The position numbers were made by a program, and so were the translations under genes. A DNA stretch of 64,000 nucleotides from Chrysemys picta bellii (taxonomy: Eukaryota): the NCBI RefSeq assembly GCF_011386835.1, contig NC_088796.1, positions 111,910,001 through 111,974,000 on the forward strand, written 5' to 3'. Each line of letters begins with the position of its first letter. Position 1 is the stretch's first letter. Below the pieces are notes generated by a model. That model ran no database searches. It had not been told where the DNA came from and was given only the letters and a program-made list of their open reading frames with translations. Shown here piece by piece: positions 1 to 12,255 of the stretch.

Positions 1-625
1 TGGTCAGGGCAGCAATTTCTGAGAGTTACCCCTTCCTCTTTATATCATTTCCACCCCTTATTATTAATATCAGCTGGAAGGCGCCCTCCCTCCAGGATTG
101 ACATTTCTGGGAAGTATTACAGGATGAGGTGAATTTAATTCCTTTGCCTCCAGCATAGACAGTTAACCCCTTCCTGCCCTGGCCCAATATGAGGTTTACA
201 CACAATCACTAACATTTTGTCAGCTTACCTCAGACTCAGAAATGTTATTATATGGAACATCTGAAGGTATATTTAAATGAAAAATGTGTGCATGGACAAG
301 AAGAAATTAAATTGGAATTAAGGAAATTTATTAGCATCTCTTGTATTTAATTGTTGTATATAGTCAGAACTCTGATATTTCATTCTTAAGTGGAGGCATT
401 GTGATCTCAGAGGTAAGTCAACCAGCCACAAACCTTCCTCTCCAGTTCATTTGCAGGCTTCAATTCTATTGGATGAAATGAGGCAGATGGGTGTGAGTAG
501 TCCTTTCTGAAATCCTTTGCCTATGGTGCTCAATCCCAAAGAGACTAATCCCTTCCCAAGTCATCAGTGTTGTGGGTGTATTTTCATACCATCTTCCACA
601 AGCAAGCTGCAGTTCAGTCCTAAAT

Positions 626-725
626 CTGTGTTCCTCAGTTCCCCATATTTAAAATGGGAATAACAATCCTTCCCTTCTTCAAAAGGGTGTTGTGAGGATA
701 AATTATTTAACATTTACAAGTTGCT
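626..725 (+). mobile_element. MIR/CORE-SINE-like fragment
   Basis: CCTCAGTTCCCCATATTTAAAATGGGAATAACA...TGTGAGGATAAATT matches the recalled MIR core motif; boundaries approximate. Confidence 0.6.
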
Positions 726-779
726 CACGTAATAAAGTGATAAAGACAGAAATACCTATACAAAAATATTAATCTTTTG

Positions 780-1388
780 AAAAAGGTTAACATTAGTCTG
801 GGTTATATTAACAGAACTGAGGTATGTAAGCCATGGGAGGTAACTGTCCACTCTACTTTGCACTGGTGAGGCCTCAGCTGAAGTACTGTGCCCAATTCTG
901 GGTGCCACACTTTAGGAAAGAGGTTGACAAATTGGAGAGTCCAGAAGAAATAAACAAAAATGATTAAAAGTTTAGAAAATCTGACCTATGAGGAGGAAAG
1001 GTTAAAAAATAGTGCATGTTTAGTCTTGAGAAAAATAGTGAGGGGGGCCTGATAACAGCCTTCCAATTGGTTAACGGCTTTTATAAAGAGAACGGTGATC
1101 AATTGTTCATGTCCACTGAAGGTAGGACAAGAAGTAATGGGCTTAATCTGCAGCAAGGGAGATTTAGGTTAGATATTAGGGGAAAAAAACCTTTCTAACT
1201 ATAAGGGAAGTTAGACTCTAGAATAGTCTTCCAAGGAAGATTGTGGAATCCTCCTCATTAGAGGGTTTTTAGAATAGGTTAGACAAATGCCTGTCATGGT
1301 TGTACTAGATTTATCTGGTCTTGCCTCAGCGCAAGGGGATGAATATGACTTCTTGAGGTCAGTTCCAGCCCTACATTTCTGTGATCTT
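780..1388 (+). mobile_element. CR1 LINE, 5'-truncated 3' end (degraded ORF2 C-terminus and 3' UTR)
   Basis: Typical CR1 motifs GGTGAGGCCTCAGCTGAAGTACTGTGCCCAATTCTGGG and AGGACAAGAAGTAATGG...GGGAGATTTAGGTTAGATATTAGG; ORF 1016-1198 gives RTRSNGLNLQQGRFRLDIR; ends at ...TTTCTGTGATCT. Confidence 0.9.
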
Positions 1389-3892
1389 AACTCTAATAGA
1401 CACATGAAATGAGCTCTTACCTGATGTAAACCCGTGGAACTCCATTGAAATCAATGGAGCAATGCTGCTTTACACCAGTGAGGGATCTGATCCATGATTT
1501 TCTAATCTTGAGTATGTACCCTTCTTGCATTACACTGACAGAGCTAGTTAATTACCATAGAGAAATAAAACAGCTGGCAAAGCAGTTTTGCATTGATTAT
1601 TTCTGCTAAAATGCCTTAATATCAGAGATTTATAAAATGTCAGTAAGTGAAACAGCATGAACATCTTTTGATAATTTCTTACTGTAGCAGAGTTAGACAC
1701 TATAAAATTTCCTCTGGTAAAAAGGAATCACAAAAGCAGCCTAAGAAGTCGGTACTTAGTGCTCATCTCTCTAATGAGAGTTAATGGGAGTTACACACTT
1801 ACACAGAAGAAAGAATAAAGCCTGGAAAGCAAAGATGTCCAGAAAAATATCTGCAAAGTTAAAAAAAAATAGTTCTATACATTTATGGTCAGATTAGTTT
1901 CACCTGGAAATGCACTGAGAAATGTGTGAAGTTAACTGAACCATAAATCATGTTTATAGTTAGCACTGTTGTTGTAATTGTTAGAATTGTTTTAAAGCAA
2001 TAAAAACAGGTTTATCGTATCCACTGATAATAGACCAAGAGACTCTGCCTTGCAGCTACACAAACAGTTTGTGTCAGTCTAATTGTGAAAATAGGCCTTT
2101 TAATAGGGCACAACAGTGGAACCAAGCCAATGCTACAGTTACAAATATTGTTTTTGACCAACAATGTAGACTGTTAAAGCAATTACTTGGCTGTTATCAA
2201 ACCAATGAAACTGGGCAGTTAGGATGCAGCTTTAAATAGGCATGGACAAACCTGAGGGGAGCAATACAACCTTACAAGAGGCCTGATCAGAAGCCCATTG
2301 AAGTCAATGGAAAGACTCCCTATTGACAACTTATTTAATTCGATAGAACACTATTGCTTTCAACCTTATTAATTTCTACAGCTATTTTCCATAAAGTGGT
2401 ATCTGTATCCCTTGAGAGTCTGTCATAGAGGAGTCCAACTCCACCCCCTTCTCCTTTTACTCAGATACCATATCTATTCACAGTGCTGAAATAAATCCCC
2501 CATTTTAAAAGAAAAATGAGAAATGTATATTTTTACATCCACCTAGGTGTTTCCCCCACCAAGATTTCCTCCCTGCCACTTCTGTGGCTTGCCCCCAGAG
2601 ACCTCTGGCTTACATCCATCAGTCCACAACCATGCTTCCAGTATACACAACAGGATCCTATTGCCCTAAGTAGAAATCTCCTCTCTCTCCAGCTGTTCCT
2701 TCCCTGACTGAAGATCCCTTACCCCTAGGCAGAACTGCTTTTGCATAAATCCGTTTCCCTACTATCGTCCATCCACCCCCTTCTGGTTATTCACTCAAGA
2801 GTCCATTTCCCCCAAAGAGAATTGCCCCAATGTAGCGTCTCTCCACATGTTAAACTCCTAGGGCCATATTTAACTCTAGCATAATTCCACTGAAATCAAT
2901 GGCTGAAACTGTCGCTTTTGACTTTTCGCATTGCAAGACCTATTTCATATCCCTGTTGCATAACAGAAGAACACTATGGGCTACACCTTCAAAACTGTGT
3001 AGGCCATGTGCATCCCTAAAACCAGAACGTGTGCACAAATTCATACTCAGATAGGCATGCAGATTAATGACAAAACAAACCAATTAAGATGTATGTTGTT
3101 TCCGAAATGGGCACATAAATGAATGCAATGGACTGGCAGGAGAAAGGGGACAGGGATCTTTTAAGGGTCTGGTCTCAATTTGGGTTATGGGAGAGGGAAA
3201 AGGGAGACAGATTTATCTGAAGAAAACTAAGGGGGGAACAGGAAGTGGCCAGCCTAGACAGGAGCATTGACCCATCATGTGCAGTGGGGGAAGGTGGGAG
3301 ACCATTATGCCCAGTGCATTCCAGAAGGAACTCTCTCTCATCAATTACTAATTAGCAGCAGCTACAACGAGGCAGCAGAGGAGCTCTAAGGAGATTGGAA
3401 AAAATGGGATTCAGGGCTCCTAACATCCAGTTCAGCAGGAAGCCTGCCCTCCCTCCCCCAGTTAACCTTCAGCAACAGACTGGGACCTGGTGCTCAAGGG
3501 GGGTAAGCAAATGGTAGCCCTCCCAAATAGATAGAACAGATTAAGGAAAGAATGATTACTTGCATTGTACAACTACCACGTATTCTGAGATATGGTAAAT
3601 GAATAAAGTTGTGGCCTAATTAAACCACATCTATTGCCTCTTGTCTGTCTTCCTGCATGGCGGGGACAATTATTATTGGTGCCCTTTTTTGCCGAGCAAT
3701 AGTTGAAATTTGGGGCCTTGTGGGGCAATTTCAGTTTGCATGAGAAGTTGGGGATAGAGTTAGGGTATTTAGAAAATGTACATGCCCTGTTTCCTTGAAC
3801 AGGTGCTGCTGTTTTTTGCCAAAGCCTCTGATCAAGCACCTCTGCCCTATTCAAACAGTTCTTTTGCCTCTTTCTCTCCAGAGAACCTAGCA

Positions 3893-4323
3893 CAGGGGTC
3901 GTCAACCTGTGCTCCTGAGCCGCATGCGGCTCTTCAGAGGTTAATATGCTGCTCCTTACCTAGGCACTGATTCCGGGGCTGGAGCTATAGATGCTAACAT
4001 TCCAATGTGCCAGGGGGTGCTCACCCCCCTGCTCTGCCCCAAGCCCTGCCCCCACTCCACCCCTTCCCCCAAGACCCCTGCCCTTCCCCTGAGCCTGCCA
4101 TGTCCTCGCTCCTCCCCCGCCTCTCCCATAGCCTCCTGCGCACGTGAAACAGCTGATTGCGGTGGGTGGGGGGAGGGGGGAGTAGGTGCTGATTGGTGGG
4201 GGCTGCCGGCAGGCGGGAGGTGCTGGGGAGCGGATGCGGGGCTGCTGAGGTATTACTGTGGCTCTTTGGCAATGTACATTGGTAAATTCTGGCTCCTTCT
4301 CAAGCTCAGGTTGACCACCCCTG
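3893..4323. mobile_element. Non-autonomous hAT (Charlie-like) MITE
   Basis: 17-bp TIR CAGGGGTCGTCAACCTG / CAGGTTGACCACCCCTG (16/17); 8-bp TSD ACCTAGCA (3885-3892) / ACCTAACA (4324-4331). Confidence 0.85.
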
Positions 4324-5441
4324 ACCTAACAGACTCACTTTCTGATGACTGCTCAAACAAGTTTTGTCTCAGCCCTCTTAGCCCCAGAGTTTGAACAGAG
4401 GAAACCTCATTTGTGCCAATCTTCTCTCTGAGTCACACGATCTTGCCAAGTGGCTCCAGGCACCCCCCTAATGGCAGGCCATTAATACCTTTCATTACAT
4501 TTAGAAATAAGCAAGGAAATAGAAGCCCCTGAAAACAAGCAATGCTGTGTAGGAAGCTGTAGCTTATAGACAGTAACACGGGGCACATCTATACTGCATC
4601 TGGGAAAGCATCCCAGCCTGTGCGTGGGGCTCAGTATAGAACGCTAAAAATTACTGTGTAATGTTTGATCTATTCATTGTGTATTAATTATCTTGCTTAC
4701 TTAAGAATTCCCAGTTAACACTCTGAGATTCAGAAGGTTCTTGTCCCAAAATCAGGCCCAGTATTAAAATTACTGTTCAGTTGGGAACCCTGATGTACAT
4801 AGTTGCAACATTCATACTTAGGAAAAATGTTCTGTATTTGTAATAGGTTTTTTTTAAAACAGTTAGTGAAGTTACAAACCCGCTAACCCAGTGAGGTAGG
4901 TAGAGATGATAAAGCACGTGCATCTGAGCACCTGTATACTTACATTATCCCTTGCAATAGGCTCCTAAAGGTTAGTCATCCTCCTCATCACTACCAGTGG
5001 TCATCATCCTGGCATCTCCAAGAGTTACGTCTTCCAAGGCACATGAGCCAGGCTACAACTTTAACAACATGTCATGCTGATGCCACTGCATATTTGGTAA
5101 TGGTTGCTCTCTTTTCCTTATTTGTAGTTCCTCACCTTACTAATTCTGGGAGGGGGGCTTCTCCCATAGGTTACTTGCCTGTTTACCTCAAGCTTATTAG
5201 CATATGTCAATTAGTTACCATGGCACTCTGGTGGTCAGACATTCTGCTGATGTTCCTAATTTAAAATATCCCAGGTTGCTATAAACTAGCATCTTGTGGT
5301 TACCTGTCAGCCATTTAGTCATTACTGTAGCACTGGCAACTGGCTAGCTCAGGTCAAGACCTCAAAGAAGTGTTAAGTGTATCAATTCACTGATGGGCAA
5401 ACTTCAAAGGAATGTTAAAAGGTACTATTGTATATCTAGAC

Positions 5442-5662
5442 CAGAGGTCTCCAAACTGTGGGGCGTGCTCCCCTAAGAGGCTGTGAAGGAACATTGGGGA
5501 GGAGGGGGGCACTGCAGAGCCCAGGCCAGCCCCCACGGGGGAGCGGGGAGGGAGTGCCACCTGGCCACGACTCCCGTCCACAGCCTCTGCCCCCGGTAGG
5601 CTGTGGGCAAACTACATTAAGTCATGCTCCCCCCTTACCACTAAAAAGTTTGGGAACCATTG
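5442..5662. mobile_element. Non-autonomous hAT (Charlie/MER5-like) MITE
   Basis: Ends CAGAGGTCTCCAAACT / AGTTTGGGAACCATTG; perfect 8-bp TSD ATCTAGAC (5434-5441, 5663-5670), fitting the NTCTAGAN Charlie target preference. Confidence 0.9.
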
Positions 5663-5719
5663 ATCTAGACTATTCACTTGTTTAGATGATAATTGTATTT
5701 GTCTTCATCTACCTACATC

Positions 5720-6601
5720 CTGTGTAATGTATATTAGTGTAATTCAATTAACCTGTTGTTGCTATATCCTTTTTCAGGTCTTGTAACTCTGTAATTATCT
5801 TCACATTGTGTATGCATATCTACTTAATCAGCATTAGGTCAAAGGGCCTATATTTAAAGGTTTATATGTGAAGTTCTTGGCTATCATATTGTGTTTACAT
5901 TTTCTCTAAATGACCAGAATTGAAACCTTAGAACTTTGAATGAGAAGGTTGTTGACTTCTAAGCATGGGTCATTAGGTGAAGAACCTTTTGACTAAAAGC
6001 AGACAAAGACCCAGGTGGTGATGAAAATGCCAGACTGTTTTCAACTATCAAAAGGCAAACAGGGAGCAATTCTGCATCTCTGAATCATCAGAATGCTGCC
6101 AGGGGCATTCTAGATAACAGAGGTTCCCAAAAGCCATTTTTGGGAAGCCCTGAGGAACTTATGAAGAGACTGTAAGAGACTAGCAGACTATTAAACCTCT
6201 GCTATCATTTGGATTACAAACTCTGATCCAACTGTAATGTATTTTATCTGCTTTAACCTTTTAATAACTTTCTTTTCTTAGCTAATTTTTAGTTTACTAA
6301 AGAAATTGGCTACAGCGTGTCTTTGGTGTGAGATCCAGAAGCATCCACTGATCTGGGTGAGTGACCAATCCTTTGGGGTTGGACAAACCTAATATATGGT
6401 AAAGAGAAGCTAGAGAGCGAGTCAGGGGACTCTGTGACTCCAAGGTAAAACTAATATTGTGACCCAGGAGTACACTTTTGCTACTGTCTTGGTGAAATCT
6501 AATGATAGAATGTACCACAATCTGGGATTTCTGCCATGGTTTCTGACAGTCTGACCTGAGTTTGGCACTCTTAGCTGTGACCCACTCCAGGTACCATGAC
6601 A
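5720..6601 (+). mobile_element. LTR-like element (probable solo LTR); left boundary uncertain
   Basis: Ends in ...GTGACCCACTCCAGGTACCATGACA; composition resembles the other LTRs in the window; no TSD resolved. Confidence 0.45.
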
Positions 6602-6781
6602 ATGACAACATTCTATCTTGTGATCTATTATGTTCTACAGTTAACTGTATATGCTAAGGCTTTTGGGGCCTTATACCTTGTTTAGCTAAGCGATTAGCTT
6701 ACAGACCTCAAGCCTGTAGGCTCATTGCTTTACTGCCTTAACTTATGCCTATGCCTTACCTAGCAAATACATATGCCTATA

Positions 6782-6994
6782 GGCCACAGTAGACATTGCA
6801 GCTCAGGCTGGAGCTTGGGATCTGAAGCCTGGAGTGGAGGGGGGTTGAGCTTTAAAGTCTGAGCTCCAGTCCCAGCCACTATATCAAAGCAATTTCTACA
6901 AAGCTATTTTCAGAGCGCAAGAACGAGCCCCACTAGCACAAGTCTGTGGACCCAGCCTGGGAGGCTAGCTCCCAGATGCAGGGTAGCCATGGCC
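6782..6994. mobile_element. Harbinger-type MITE
   Basis: Degenerate termini GGCCACAGTAGACATTGC / GCAGGGTAGCCATGGCC followed by TAA. Confidence 0.55.
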
Positions 6995-7489
6995 TAAGCA
7001 TCCTGAGTTCCTCTGCCCTTTACCCACAGTGCCCTGTTCTATCGATGGTCTTCTGTTTCATTGCCTGTGAACACATGCATCAGAAACAATGGACCGGACA
7101 GGGGTAGGGCTAAGGTATAGCCATATTTAGAATGATCATTGAGGACATACAGGGACATACAAACCTGCTAAAATATTTTACGTCCCTCCTGTAGGGTCAA
7201 GCCCAGAGTGCAGTAATGAGAAACTACCTCTGCCACTAGACCCCTTACTTGTGGAGCCCTAAAAGTATTAATTCTCTATTGGGTCCTAGTCAACATCTAC
7301 ATGCAGCCACCGAATGAACTGGTATGATGACATGGACTCAAGTCCCCAGCAATATGCAGATGATACATTGTTCTTCTTACCATTCACCACATACAGCTAT
7401 GCCACTGCCACCAAAAAAGCCCTGGTGATTGGATGAGATCAGTTCACAGATGAACAGCTAGCTGAAGCGGACCCTGTGAAAGATGGATG

Positions 7490-7615
7490 TTGTTTGTTTT
7501 ACAGCAGTGCTTAGAAGCTCTGGCACAGATTGAAGCCCAGTTGTGCTGTGCACTGTACAAAACAATAAGAGTTCCTGAACCAAACAACTCACAGTCTACA
7601 TACACAAGACAAAAG
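7490..7615 (-). mobile_element. L2-type 3' tail fragment, next to a MIR-like segment (~7620-7720)
   Basis: Reverse complement reads ...TTGTACAGTGCACAGCACAACTGGGC...GCACTGCTGTAAAACAAAC, similar to the L2-type tail at 59480-59600. Confidence 0.5.
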
Positions 7616-7886
7616 GTGTGAGGGGAAAACATAGGCAAAGAGGGGAAGTGGCTTGTCCCAGGATACACAAGTCAGTGGGAATAGAATGCAGGCTAAAATG
7701 GAGTCGGCTGACTCCCACTCCAATATCCTATCATTTGGATCACGCTATCTGTACGTTTCTTACTTTCTCCTTATTTAGATCTGGATGGGTTTGTTCTTAA
7801 TTAAAAGAAAGTGCTGGGAGTGCATAGTGTTCTGATCTGACTCTAAGACCCAGCTGATCGGTTGCTCCCTGACTGATTGTTGCTAG

Positions 7887-8009
7887 TAGGGTGACCAGAT
7901 GTCCTGATTTTATAGGGACAGTCCTGATATTTGGGGCTTTTTTTATATGGGATCCTATTACCCCCCATCCCCTGTCCCAATTTTTCACACTTGCTATCAG
8001 GTCACCCTA
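7887..8009. mobile_element. hAT (Blackjack-like) MITE
   Basis: TIR TAGGGTGACCAGAT / ATCAGGTCACCCTA; perfect 8-bp TSD GTTGCTAG (7879-7886, 8010-8017). Confidence 0.92.
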
Positions 8010-11000
8010 GTTGCTAGGCAACCAATGATCCCAGCTGCACTGCCTTGAAACTAACAGAGTGGCCACAGTCCCTGATTGGCTGCTGGTTTAGCAGCCCTGC
8101 TAATAAGCCTGGCCCCGAGAGCAGACCAGTGGCTGCTCAATGTGTACCATAGCTGTAGGTGCGCTCACTCTTGTTACAGTCCCTGTTCTCTCGAGCTTCA
8201 GATTTCTACCTTCAATCCATGGCTCTGCCTCTAGCTGATCCCTGGGATCTGGCTTCTGTCCTTCTGGTACTGATTCTTGGCTTGTTTCCCATCCTAAACC
8301 CAGCTCTAACTGGTAGGCTGGACTCTTGCTTCCACCACTAGGACTGACCACTCATGGCCCAGTCGGTTATACCCCACAGGTATCTGACTCTCCCTCATTG
8401 GCTGCAAATTAAATTGTCTGGACTGTCTACTCAAATACCCTGGAAATCAAGAAATTGTATTGGAATCAGAATTTGAATTGCCCGTATTGGAATATAAGTC
8501 TAAAATAGCAGTTGTTCTCATTGTACAATTACATCTTTAAGGCTCAGAAATTGCCAGAACAAATGGCTCTGGCAAACATTGTTTTAATACGTAAAAGAGG
8601 GAAGATTTATTCAGAGTGTTGTTGATATAGGCCAGTTGGCTTACTCTGTTCAGATCTTGAAATACTTACCAAAGCACTATCCAACAAACACACTGATAAT
8701 GTCATATCCTTAATATGTATAAATCAACTACTGCCGGTAGGTTTGATGCCAAGTAGCTTTTCTAATACATTCAATGCTGAACATTTGATCGCAAGCTGGA
8801 TCAGTCCTCTGTGAACAATGGGTAAGTTGTCTTGAGTCTGGAAAATCATTTGACTGGGTAGAGTGGGATAAAATACTGGAAATCCTCTTCAGATTAAGTT
8901 TTGGAAATAATTGTTTAATCTCAGTGAAAGTTCTTTATACTTCTCTGCAAACCAGAAACACTGTTGGCAGTATTTTTGTGCACCATTTAAATTCTCATCA
9001 GGTTGCAGACAAGGTTATTCCTCTCTCTCTCTCTGACCCCACCCCCTTTTTGTTTTGCTTTTAACTAAATATTTTACAACAATGCTGATCTAGCAAGACT
9101 TTTATAAATCAGTCTGCATGCTGACAACATAGTTTGATGTCTTAGATGCAAAAAGCTTTCTGCAAGAAAAATTATAACTCAGTTGTCTCAATATTCAGGA
9201 CATACAATCAATATTTTCCTAGCTTCCTATTGGCCCACCAACTAATCAAACTCTCAAGTAACTTCACTTTTCACCATGCTCCAACTAGATTAGACCATTA
9301 TACTATTTATCACAATATTCAAATTACTCTTGGTAGAGAGAATCTCATTCTTCCCTTTTCCCATCCTTAAATCAGCAAAGGCAGAACTTAGCAGGTGGGA
9401 CCGACTCCCTTCCAGTGTTTGGGATAAGCCTGTAATAGTTATTATTATTGCCCATATTCTGTGTTGTTTGACAATGATAGCTGTTATGTTTAGTAAGGAC
9501 TAGATTCTAAACTGGACTATGCTCCTGTGCAAGGGAGTAAGATGGACTAAGCACCGGCATCATGTGTCAATATGTAGGCTACTTAATCCTACATGCCTGT
9601 ACACAATGTTTAAGCAGAGCTACATACCCTCTTACTCTCTCCCCAGAGTGGGGGTGGGATTGGGAATGGGAGGAGTCTTAGCCCCACTTCCCTCCTCATT
9701 GGCCAGTGCAGCTGAACCAATTTGAGTTGTGAGTAGTAATTTACTACTGACAGCAATAAATCACTACTCCCCAGAGGCAAGTAGGAAGCAGGGGAGTAAT
9801 TGTGACTCCTAGGAGTACTCTAAGCCATCTGGGGCTATTCCTTGGGTAGTGCAGTTTAAAAACCATCCCTCACTCAGCACTGTGCCTAAAGCCAGAGTCT
9901 AGTCCTTAGATACCAATGAAATCACAAAAGCAGTTATTCTTCCTTTTGGATGTGCAAAAGATTCAGATTAATTCAAAATGCTTGTATCCCTACAAAAAAA
10001 GGATGGTGTGGGGGGGTTAAATTTCCTGTTTCAAAGTGCCATTGCTGGGCCTGTAAATTATGCTATATTCTAGATTGAATACGTACCTGCCATGGCCTTA
10101 GTTGTGCTAATATTGCACATTCACGTTCATCGGTTTGTTCTAACATCTCTCTCTCTCCTTGCTGTAAGCCTGAATAAACTTCCACAATGGTCCAAAGAGA
10201 ACTGAACTATTAAAAACATCCTCGAGAAAGAAATGGCTTTGCACTATAAATATTGTGTGAATATAAAACAGACCCAGTGCACCACAATCCAGTTTTATCA
10301 TAACTGACATATGACTAAATTGCCTAGAAGTGGACACACGATGGTCTGGTCAGTTTAGCTGACTTGAAATACTTTAATTTTCTTTCAAGAAGATATTCTT
10401 CCCTCTACTCACTGTTTTAGGTATTTGAAAACCAGGAACGACAAAGTAAATCACAAACTTTCTCCTCCTGAGTTCAGGCTCCTCTTTTATAGATACCTAC
10501 CAAACAATATTTGTCTGATTTTTTCTGTTCTGAGTCTCTGGGTTCATGGGCCTGTAGTTCCCTCTCCCTTTCCCTTGACTTAAGGCCAAGTGGGGGGAAA
10601 AGATTTATATGCCTTGTATGCTGATGATTGCTGGGGATTTCATTAACCCTCTTAGAGCAGGTACATAGGTTCATTATAAAATCAGTTATACACCGTTTAC
10701 TAGATTAGGGGCTACATTTAAAACCTTTAAAGCACAGCCTCATGGAAGAGACATTGTGAAGATGCTCCGCTCATCAGCAACTGCTGCAGACACCAGGCCA
10801 GATTCTGTCCCTGTGAACGAGTTCAGAGTGCAAAAGGATGGAATCGGATGAAAGTTTCCATTTCCCACATTCATTCTATTTCAGAAGGTCCTATTGTAAA
10901 ATGTTATTGGACCACAGTACTTAACTTCGTTAGTGGTGCACTGGAGATTATTCTAATTGTAAGAGCTACGAATAGATGCATTGTAAACAAATAAAAATAA

Positions 11001-12151
11001 ACAAACTCAGACCCATGCCATGTGACTGAAACAGTATTCAGATCATTTGTTTTAAAGTTCAAATAATGTGACAATGGTCTTGAGCATTCTCCATCTTCTC
11101 CCTTCCAAACAACAGTTCAGAGATGATGTTTTCAGAAAATAAAGGAGGAAGAGTTTTATGCAAACCTTACATTTTGGGGGTTTTGCCTTTTGAGTACCAT
11201 CAACTGACCAACTTTTCCTTTCATATGATTACTCCAAACTTTTGAAGCATCTTCCTAATCTTATTTATTACCATCGATTGGTTCTCCTAGCATTGGAATT
11301 ACTTTAAGCAATTTCTTTATTGACTTGGCCTTTTAAACCTCGTGACCATTGACTTTGCATTTATATTCTCATACAGCAACAGACATGCTGGTACTATGCA
11401 TTGTCTCTGTCTCCTTTCTTCTGTGTCTATCCTCTTATCCCCCTTCCTCTTCTTTTGTCCTTGTTTCTTTCTCTCTCACTGTTGCATTATGCTATTGTGG
11501 ATCAGTGATTAATGTTTGCACAGTTATTGCTTTTACTTATCCTATATCAACATTTTCAATAAAAGATTCAGAAGAAAGGTAGAGAATGAGGCCTAGATGG
11601 GTTTATATAGGTGCTGAATCAGCAAGATACTTAATTGCATGTGTAAGTTTAGTTTAGTTGGTACTACTCTTATGCTTAACGTTATGCTTGTCCTTATGTT
11701 CCTTGCTGAATCTAGGTCATAGGCAGGGGAGGACTGTGCCTCATAATTACAGCTGGCCAACTATTACAAAAAAGAATTCAAACATTTATTTGAATGGAAA
11801 CCACACAGCTACTGTGTTTAGCGCTCCTTTTATTTGCCTTCCTCTAATGTGAAAGCAAATTTTTATTCAGAAGAATATTCACTGAAAGGGAAAAGTATTA
11901 GAAATGCCACTGTGAATGCATGTTTGCATGAATATTTGCATTGGAACCATCTACATGGCCCTCTGTATAGCTCTGTAGGTTTGGGAGTTATTAAAAAGCT
12001 AACACGTGACTTGGGGACCAATTACACAATGCAAATAGCACATTACAAAGAGCTAATACTTTAAGCAATAGCTACAGTGATTTATTGAAGAGCATTCCAT
12101 AAGTTGAAGTTTCACGAAACCTTGTCCTTTTTAAAATGCCAGATTATATTT

Positions 12152-12255
12152 TAGAACTGGTTGAATTTTTTTTTTTAAAGTTCATAATTTGAATAAAATT
12201 TCATTATGCAAAATCGTTCATGCTAAAAAATATCGCCATTTTCCAACCAGCTCTA
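12152..12255. mobile_element. Old AT-rich MITE with TAGAGCTGG...CCAGCTCTA ends (related copies near 13250, 15010, 18030-18285, 23741-23946, 37630-37898)
   Basis: Inverted ends TAGAACTGGTTGAA / TTCCAACCAGCTCTA around an A/T-run-rich interior; no intact TSD. Confidence 0.55.

Noticed and set aside
10738-10851. Coding-looking stretch (PHGRDIVKMLRSSATAADTRPDSVPVNEFRVQKDGIG*) after a weak AG
   Set aside because: Short, weak splice context and no protein family recognised; cannot be supported as an exon without homology or RNA data.
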